This document shows, piece by piece, positions 57,860 to 64,000 of a DNA stretch of 64,000 bases (position 1 is its first letter; each line of letters begins with the position of its first letter). Both the position numbers and the translations under genes were made by a program. The notes under the pieces are model-generated. The model was given only the letters and a program-made list of their open reading frames with translations, was not told the origin of the DNA and searched no databases. Source of the DNA: Candidatus Poribacteria bacterium (GTDB taxonomy: Bacteria; Poribacteria; WGA-4E; PCPOR2b); assembly GCA_022826645.1 (NCBI GenBank), contig JAJDUM010000027.1, forward strand, positions 12,033 through 76,032. Direction: 5' to 3'.

Positions 57860-58651
57860 TTGATGCGGAAAGGCGATTACTCGATGAATACGACAGCAGA
57901 AGAAGTGGAATTTGATTATCAAGCGTATATGAAGGACTACGTGCCGGATCCAGACAAAATTCATTGGGGCCCCGAGGCACGTCAAAAACGACGAGAGGCA
58001 GCAATCCATAACAATCGCGGTCTTGCTTATCGGGAGGAAGGGGATTTTGGCCGTGCCATTGAAGCCTTTACCAAAGCGATAGAACTGAATCCTAACTATG
58101 CCGTAGCCTATAACAATCGTGGTTTGGCTTACAACAATGTAGGCGAATTTGACCGTGCCATTACGGACTATACCAAAGCGATAGAACTCAAACCCGATTT
58201 TGTTGAAGCCTACAATCATCGCTATGATGCTTACTATGCTAAAGGCAATTGTGACCGCGCTATCATAGAATACAGGGATATCGTCCAAAAGGTTATTGGG
58301 GCTGCGCTTGAGGTGCATAGGTCCTTAGGCAACGGCTTTCAAGAGGTGATTTACCAGCAAGGATTGGCGTTTGAATTAGAACAAGCCGGTTTGACATTTG
58401 CCCGTGAAGTTAAGCGCGACATTTTCTATAAGGAATTGCCGGAGCCTATAGGCACGCGTCGAGCGGATTTCGTGGTCGAAGAAAAGGTATTGGTGGTATT
58501 GAAGGCTATTTCTCGATTGGATAAGGTACACATAGTTCAGGTATTCAACTACTTAAAGGCATATCGGCTAGAAGTAGGATTACTGCTCAATTTCGGTTCA
58601 AAAAGTTTGACATTCCAAAGATTGGTTCTTTCGCAACCGGATCGTCGCTGA
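57860..58651 (+). CDS. TPR-repeat + GxxExxY-family (PD-(D/E)xK-fold) protein
   Basis: Three TPR units nearly identical to those in the TIR protein. The C-terminus 'VIGAALEVHRSLGNGFQEVIYQQ...RADFVVEEKVLVVLKA...QVFNYLKAYRLEVGLLLNFG' matches the GxxExxY family. Confidence 0.7.
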   Translation: MMRKGDYSMNTTAEEVEFDYQAYMKDYVPDPDKIHWGPEARQKRREAAIHNNRGLAYREEGDFGRAIEAFTKAIELNPNYAVAYNNRGLAYNNVGEFDRAITDYTKAIELKPDFVEAYNHRYDAYYAKGNCDRAIIEYRDIVQKVIGAALEVHRSLGNGFQEVIYQQGLAFELEQAGLTFAREVKRDIFYKELPEPIGTRRADFVVEEKVLVVLKAISRLDKVHIVQVFNYLKAYRLEVGLLLNFGSKSLTFQRLVLSQPDRR

Positions 58652-58850
58652 TGCAGATTGCACCGTTTTAATTCCGCGTTATCCTTAAATCCGCGATAAT
58701 CAGCGATTCTGACAGTGAGAGGATTGTAGTGGTGTATCGGGGCAGGTCCCGATTTATCGGGATCCTCGCGTTGCGGGAGATGCCTCTCCCACGTCCAACG
58801 GCGTAGATAACGCAGATTTTTTGCATCGGTGTCCGCCGCACGGTTTCGTG

Positions 58851-58912
58851 GGTTTGTAGTAGCGCAATCCATTGCGCGTCCGGACGGGCGATAAATCGCC
58901 CTACTACGAACC
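58851..58912 (+). repeat. family-B double-hairpin repeat, second copy
   Basis: ~95% identical to 43243-43302. Confidence 0.75.
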
Positions 58913-59110
58913 AGAGCATTCTCAATCCGTGTAATCCCTGAATCCGCGATAATCAGCGATTCAGACAATGGGGGACACCGTCTGAATCACGGATCCTCAG
59001 GATAAGGCACGCAACGTCTCTTAATCCTGATAATCCTTTAATCCTGTAAATCTTGGTTCAGACAATATAGGTAATTTCCTCAATATATCAGGTATGATTC
59101 CAATGTAACA

Positions 59111-59184
59111 CATGTCGCCCCGCTGGGGCTTTGGGCTGTTTGGTGTGTAGCACTAGCTATAAACATGTCGCCCCACTGGGGCTA
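59111..59184 (-). repeat. two inverted REP-like hairpin units (acatgtcgccccgctggggc)
   Basis: Reverse complement of the 49.2-49.6 kb unit. Confidence 0.7.
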
Positions 59185-59332
59185 AATACGACGCTGTTAC
59201 GTACGTGGGTAAATACTTATCACATATCACGCCCCGCCCCGATAAATCCCCGATGAATCGTCCGATAAATTGAGACCAGGGGGACAGGCGGGATTCCTCC
59301 GATATATCGGGAGATGCTCGACGAGTCGGCAC

Positions 59333-59459
59333 CGGTGCGGTTGGAAACCGCACCTACCGGGTTGGAGTGAATGCGGTGCGGTTGGAAACCGCACCTACCG
59401 GCCCCGATAAATCGGGATCGAAACCGAGGGGCGAAGGTGTCTATTCATTTTTAGAATTC
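59333..59459 (-). repeat. family-A repeat copy with tandem duplicated 'gcggtgcggttggaaaccgcacctaccgg' hairpin and 'gtgtctattcatttttagaattc' end
   Basis: Same orientation and module order as 43317-43488. It lies directly upstream of the hydrolase gene. Confidence 0.7.
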
Positions 59460-59491
59460 ACCATAAATTGACAGTAGAGAAGGAGATCCAG

Positions 59492-60517
59492 ATGGCAAAG
59501 ACAACTCCTCGGTTTTTGACTGCGGAACTTGGCGTTGAACACCTACTGAAGCAAGTACCGCCCCTGCATTTTACCGGAACCTCCAAGGCAGAGTGGCAGG
59601 CGTGGCGTAAAGCCTTTCGACGTAAACTGATTACGGATCTGGGTCCAAAGCCAGAAGCAATCCCGTTAGACGTCGAGGTATTAGAACGGACAGAGATGGA
59701 CGGATATGTGCGCGAGAAGATTATATTTAATCCTGACCCTTTCTCTTCTATCCCCGCTTATGTCCTTAGTCCTGAAGGAGCAGGCCCGAACAACCGCTGC
59801 CCAGCGGTGCTCTGTGCACACGGACACGGCATCGGAAAAGACCCGCTCGCCGGCATAGGTGAGGACTACCAGAAACAGTTCGCTGTGAAGTTAGCGCGGC
59901 AAGGATTCGTTACAATCACACCCGATTGGCGCACCTTTGGTGAACGTAAAGATCGCGATGAATGGGTCCGACGCCCCGGACGCGATGGATGCAATGTCGC
60001 CTATATGGCGTATGGGTATTTTGGCTATCAGCTACTCCAGCTTCATATATGTGATGCCCAGCGCTGCTTGGACTATCTGCAATCCCGACCCGACGTAAAC
60101 GGGAGCCAGCTTGGGTGTATGGGCTGCTCGTTCGGCGGAACGATGACCACCTATGTTTCCGCATTAGATCGACGGATCAAGGCAGCGGTGATTGTCTGCT
60201 ACCTCAGCACCTTGACCGATGCGCTCAACGATCGCGGACGCGGAAATACCTGTGGTTCTCAGTTTATGTTCGGGCTGCGTGGACACGGAGATATATCAGA
60301 TGTTGCCGGCTTGATTGCTCCACGTCCCTGTATGGCACAAATCGCATCGGACGATAACTGCTTCATCGCGGCGGATGCCAAGAACGCGTTCAATCATCTT
60401 GAGCAAATTTATGCTGCGGCGGATCGTCCAGAGAACCTTGAGCTGGACTACTTTGAAGGTGGACATGAGGTTGACGTTGAGCCGGGGCTTGCGTTTCTGA
60501 AAAAACATCTGATGTAA
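59492..60517 (+). CDS. alpha/beta hydrolase (dienelactone hydrolase / acetyl-xylan esterase-like)
   Basis: 'GCMGCSFGG' (GxSxG nucleophile elbow). An AAGGAG RBS is 6 nt before the ATG at 59492. Confidence 0.8.
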   Translation: MAKTTPRFLTAELGVEHLLKQVPPLHFTGTSKAEWQAWRKAFRRKLITDLGPKPEAIPLDVEVLERTEMDGYVREKIIFNPDPFSSIPAYVLSPEGAGPNNRCPAVLCAHGHGIGKDPLAGIGEDYQKQFAVKLARQGFVTITPDWRTFGERKDRDEWVRRPGRDGCNVAYMAYGYFGYQLLQLHICDAQRCLDYLQSRPDVNGSQLGCMGCSFGGTMTTYVSALDRRIKAAVIVCYLSTLTDALNDRGRGNTCGSQFMFGLRGHGDISDVAGLIAPRPCMAQIASDDNCFIAADAKNAFNHLEQIYAAADRPENLELDYFEGGHEVDVEPGLAFLKKHLM

Positions 60518-60721
60518 AACTTTGAAACACATCTCCTCATTTAGGAAAAGAGCAGATAAGAGGCTTTAATTTCCCACATCGTAACAGTTAATAACCTTTG
60601 GTGCTAGCGAGTGAGCAAGTTGTTTCCACATTGTTCAAGTCGCTTTGGATCCCGATGTATCAGGGGGTTCATTGATTCATTAGTTGGTTCATCCATGCTT
60701 CTTGTGTTCCGCCCTTCGGTT

Positions 60722-60796
60722 ACACCTGTCGCCCCTCTGGGGCTTTGGGGTATGGGGCTATCCGTATTCTATACACCTGTCGCCCCGCTGGGGCTA
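60722..60796 (-). repeat. two REP-like hairpin units (acacctgtcgcccc(t/g)ctggggc)
   Basis: Variant of the same family, with cctgt in place of catgt. Confidence 0.65.
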
Positions 60797-60917
60797 TAAT
60801 GAAGCGATGCACCGATGCTTTTGAGTTTCACGCATCACGTTATCAACAACTGCAAACTAGCACCATTGGTTTAATATTCTTTGAAAGGTTATCTTGACGA
60901 AACTACAAATTCGCCCG

Positions 60918-62513
60918 ATGGTGGTTATCATACGGGATGGGTGGGGACACAACCCCTATCCAGAGTGGAATAGCGCCAATGCGATCCATCTCGGCAAAAC
61001 GCCGGTTGACGATTCGCTTAGGCGGGAATACCCGCATGTCTGCATTCATACGTCCGGTGAAGATGTCGGTCTGCCGACAAGTACAATGGGAAACAGCGAG
61101 GTAGGACACCAGAATATCGGCGCGGGTCGAATTGTTGATCAGGAACTCCTGCGAATCAGTAAAATGGTTCAATCGGGTGAGTTCTCAAGAAACCGATCAC
61201 TGATCGCTGCCATGGAGGGTGTCAAAGCACGGGGAACCAACCTGCATATCATCGGTTTAGCAAGCGACGCCGGTGTGCACAGCTCATTAGACCACCTCTA
61301 TGCACTGCTTGCATTGGCGAAAGAAACAGGAGTCTCGGCTGACCGTGTGCTGGTTCATAACTTTAGCGACGGGCGCGACTGCTCACCCATGAGCGGCATC
61401 AACTTCTGTAGGCAGATCGAAGCCAAGATGAAGGAGATTGGGGTTGGACAGATTGCTTCAGTCGTGGGGCGATACTATGCTATGGACCGTGATGATCGTT
61501 GGGATCGGGTAGAGAAAGCCTACCGGCTGCTGACCGAGGGCGTGGGAAACCGTGTGGGGACCGCGGTGGCAGGATACCAGCACTACTATGACTCCCCGAC
61601 CCAAGCCAACCAAATCGGGGATGAATTCATTGAACCGACGGTTGTTATTGATCACAAGGGGAATCCGTTACCGCGCATCTCTCACGGCGACGCGGTCATC
61701 TTCTACAACTTTCGAGGCGATAGACCGCGCGAACTCTGTAACGCTTTCTGCGCCCCAGAGTTTCCATTTGAAGCAATGGGTAAAGACGGAACTGTTCGGG
61801 AAATGGGTTTTGAACGCGGAGAGCAATTGGAGATCCAGTTCGTCGTAATGAGTGAATATGAACGAGGGCTTCCTGTAGAAGTCGCCATTCCGAAACCGCC
61901 CAAGATGCACAATATTCTGGGAGCGTATGCAAGCGATGTCGGGTTGGCACAATTTCGCTGTGCCGAAACAGAGAAATTCCCTCACGTCACCTTTTTCTTC
62001 AACGATTATCAGGACGAACCATTCGATGGAGAAGATCGACAGATAATTCCGTCCCCACGCGATGTATCAACGTACGATCAGAAACCCGAAATGTCGGCAC
62101 CAGCGGTCACCGAAGAGATGCTACGTCGAATAGCCTCGGACAAATACGACCTGTGCATCTTGAACTACGCCAACGGTGATATGGTTGGTCACACCGGATC
62201 ATTGCCTGCCTCAATTAAGGCGGTAGAGACTGTAGACGCATGTGTAGGGAGAGTCGTTGACGCCGTGATAGCAAAGGGCGGAGCGTTAATCGTGACCGCC
62301 GATCACGGGAACTGTGAACAGTTGATCGATCCTGAGATCGGCGGTCCTCACACCGCACATACAACATATCCTGTAAATCTGATCGTTGTAGATGATCGCT
62401 TTAAGGGTTGTCAGTTAAGGACAGACGGCAGGTTAGCAGATATTGCCCCGACTGCGCTCCGACTCCTGGGGTTAGATCAACCGACTGAAATGAGTGGCAA
62501 ATCACTGATATGA
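60918..62513 (+). CDS. gpmI: 2,3-bisphosphoglycerate-independent phosphoglycerate mutase
   Basis: 'VVIIRDGWG', 'SEVGHQNIGAGR' and 'DGRD', with iPGM transferase and phosphatase domains. The ATG is at 60918. Confidence 0.9.
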   Translation: MVVIIRDGWGHNPYPEWNSANAIHLGKTPVDDSLRREYPHVCIHTSGEDVGLPTSTMGNSEVGHQNIGAGRIVDQELLRISKMVQSGEFSRNRSLIAAMEGVKARGTNLHIIGLASDAGVHSSLDHLYALLALAKETGVSADRVLVHNFSDGRDCSPMSGINFCRQIEAKMKEIGVGQIASVVGRYYAMDRDDRWDRVEKAYRLLTEGVGNRVGTAVAGYQHYYDSPTQANQIGDEFIEPTVVIDHKGNPLPRISHGDAVIFYNFRGDRPRELCNAFCAPEFPFEAMGKDGTVREMGFERGEQLEIQFVVMSEYERGLPVEVAIPKPPKMHNILGAYASDVGLAQFRCAETEKFPHVTFFFNDYQDEPFDGEDRQIIPSPRDVSTYDQKPEMSAPAVTEEMLRRIASDKYDLCILNYANGDMVGHTGSLPASIKAVETVDACVGRVVDAVIAKGGALIVTADHGNCEQLIDPEIGGPHTAHTTYPVNLIVVDDRFKGCQLRTDGRLADIAPTALRLLGLDQPTEMSGKSLI

Positions 62514-62562
62514 AAGTCCGCCGTCATACCTCCTCACCCTTTCCATTTCATATTTCATAACA

Positions 62563-63630
62563 ATGGCGCACATTCCGCTGATAACCACAACCGGCAGGAC
62601 GGATGATAATCCGGGTGACACCTTCATCGGGGTGGGACTCCAATATCTTTTTGAACAGGCACTGGGACCTCAGGTGTGGGTGCTTGTAGATCGTTTCGGT
62701 CCGAAGGGTTTCCGGGACTATGAAGATGTTATTCGAGAAGCCCCGTTTCTGGTCTATGGCGGGATGCCGCAATACAATAACTACGACGACTGGAAGCACT
62801 GGTACGACGATGCGATGTGGTGTGATTTTATCATTAAGTGGGGGCTAAAAATCTTTACAATGGCAGGAGGGGCAGGTTTTTCTCATCCCGACATCGACGT
62901 TGATGCCTACGTTGCACATTGCATGAAGAGCAAAAAAACCGTACGGATCATTCGTCAGCGGGTGGAAAATAGCCTCTGCTTCACCGTTCGTGATTCGTAC
63001 GCACATGCACTGTTGAATACGCTCGAAATACCGAACAGCTACCTTCCGTGTTCCGCGGTATGGGCGAGTAAAATGTGGAATATCGAACCTTCAAGGCAGA
63101 GACCTTATCTTATACTTGTTCCCCCATCACCACGGCACACACCAAAGCGAGTAGGACGTAGACGCATTCCCCGGCGTCGTAGACTCCAACAATTCGCGGA
63201 TAGTTGGACGAACCTTTACACAACACTCAAGCGGAGCGGTCATAACGTTCGGGTGCTCTGCCATGCTCACAGAGAATATACCGCTCTCCGAGGCGCGATT
63301 CCGTCTAACGCGCTCTGGTTTCACGGAGATCCCTACACGTTATTGCGACAGTATGCCGCAGCCCATACAGTCGTCTCTGCACGGCTCCATGGCAGCCTCC
63401 CTGCGTATGGCATTTCCGGCACGCGAGTATTAAACCTCTCAGTGGATGTACGAGGCTCCGCTGTTGAGATCTTTCCAAGGATACGGAATCTCCGTATCAG
63501 CGATGCGACGCCAGATGTACTTGTCTCAATGATAGATCAACTCGAACCGTCAACACCAGAAGACTTTCGAAATCCAGAAGCGGCATATCGGGAATTAATT
63601 GAATCATCTCTGCCCAGAAAGATGAAATAA
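62563..63630 (+). CDS. polysaccharide pyruvyl transferase family protein (putative)
   Basis: The 'VVSARLHGSL' motif is typical of the PS_pyruv_trans family. Remaining similarity is weak. Confidence 0.55.
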   Translation: MAHIPLITTTGRTDDNPGDTFIGVGLQYLFEQALGPQVWVLVDRFGPKGFRDYEDVIREAPFLVYGGMPQYNNYDDWKHWYDDAMWCDFIIKWGLKIFTMAGGAGFSHPDIDVDAYVAHCMKSKKTVRIIRQRVENSLCFTVRDSYAHALLNTLEIPNSYLPCSAVWASKMWNIEPSRQRPYLILVPPSPRHTPKRVGRRRIPRRRRLQQFADSWTNLYTTLKRSGHNVRVLCHAHREYTALRGAIPSNALWFHGDPYTLLRQYAAAHTVVSARLHGSLPAYGISGTRVLNLSVDVRGSAVEIFPRIRNLRISDATPDVLVSMIDQLEPSTPEDFRNPEAAYRELIESSLPRKMK

Positions 63631-63660
63631 AAAAGGGGCAGGTGTGGAACCTGCCCCCTC
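63631..63660. terminator. bidirectional intrinsic terminator hairpin (GGGGCAGG-tgtggaa-CCTGCCCC) between convergent genes
   Basis: An 8-bp GC-rich stem. A run of five A's precedes it on the plus strand (a T-tract for the minus-strand gene), and TCTCTGG follows on the plus strand. Confidence 0.6.
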
Positions 63661-63715
63661 TCTGGTTAGACTATATTTTCGACGAAATTCTCTATAGGTA
63701 CGAATTGGACAACTG

Positions 63716-64000
63716 CTACCCTGTCAAGGAAGCATGCCAGTCTGTCCAATCCTCAAGATTGTTGAGATTCACAGCGTCTAAGATGGAACCGTCGTCGCCA
63801 ACTCCGGCTGCGCCCAGAATAGCCCCACGGGTATCATCATCGTGATTGTAACCTGTGATAGCTGCGTTTAATTCATTGACCGCTGCTTGATCAAGGCTCC
63901 CGCCTTTCTTGTCCAGAATCCATTGCTCAAACTCGGTATAGCTTGGACGGTTCTCGTTGATATATGCGAGTGTTTCTTCCTTATCAAGACCAAGCCCATC
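63716..64000 (-). CDS. 3' end of an unidentified gene (continues beyond window end)
   Basis: A 95-codon open frame on the minus strand running to the window edge. Its TAG stop is the complement of 63716-63718. It is not in the ORF track because there is no in-window start. Confidence 0.4.
   Translation of the reverse strand, partial: DGLGLDKEETLAYINENRPSYTEFEQWILDKKGGSLDQAAVNELNAAITGYNHDDDTRGAILGAAGVGDDGSILDAVNLNNLEDWTDWHASLTG

Noticed and set aside
1-64000. tRNA, rRNA, integrase and transposase genes
   Set aside because: I scanned the intergenic regions for tRNA-like T-arm motifs (GTTCGA/GTTCAA plus acceptor stems). I scanned the ORF translations for recombinase motifs (tyrosine-recombinase R..H..RH..Y, the DDE triad, the serine-recombinase N-terminus). 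None were recognised. The defense island is therefore bounded only by non-autonomous repeats.

Overview
This 64-kb window comes from a gene-dense bacterial chromosome, probably an uncultivated lineage. It carries a T9SS-type C-terminal sorting domain alongside many sulfatase, phytanoyl-CoA dioxygenase and enolase-superfamily genes. The first ~42 kb is mostly housekeeping and accessory metabolism: an M28 peptidase fragment, an APH-family kinase, a GNAT, a sulfatase, a Cof-type HAD, three PhyH-family dioxygenases, a Zn-ADH, a CocE/NonD hydrolase, an MBL hydrolase, Cu/Zn SOD, MobA/MoeA and two enolase-superfamily enzymes. Interspersed are two toxin-antitoxin pairs (VapBC-like and a killer/antidote HigBA-like pair), a TetR regulator, two tandem STAS paralogs, a sigma factor, an LRR protein and a 1337-aa T9SS-sorted zinc metalloprotease. 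There is also a BlaI/BlaR1-like pair, with BlaR1 fused to a thioredoxin-like domain, upstream of a 2003-aa tandem-repeat surface protein. From ~43.3 to 57.85 kb lies a ~14.5-kb defense island bracketed by inverted copies of a ~165-bp modular intergenic repeat. Its genes are a Schlafen/AlbA_2-HATPase_c_4 protein, a ParA-like ATPase, a PLD(HKD)-SNF2 helicase fusion, a 1242-aa Type IIG/PglX-like RM enzyme, a TIR-TPR protein, and a translationally coupled ABC/SMC-type ATPase. The TIR-TPR protein's C-terminus is a TaqI_C-type target-recognition domain clearly paralogous to the RM enzyme's TRD. The TIR-TPR-TRD + ATPase pair, which also sits next to a TPR-GxxExxY nuclease-fold gene, looks like an undescribed sequence- or methylation-sensing abortive-infection module. 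The island and its flanks are packed with several families of hairpin-forming intergenic repeats (REP/MITE-like), including a CRISPR-like but irregular cluster. Downstream are an alpha/beta hydrolase, iPGM (gpmI) and a pyruvyl-transferase-like gene. No rRNA, tRNA, integrase or cas genes were recognised.
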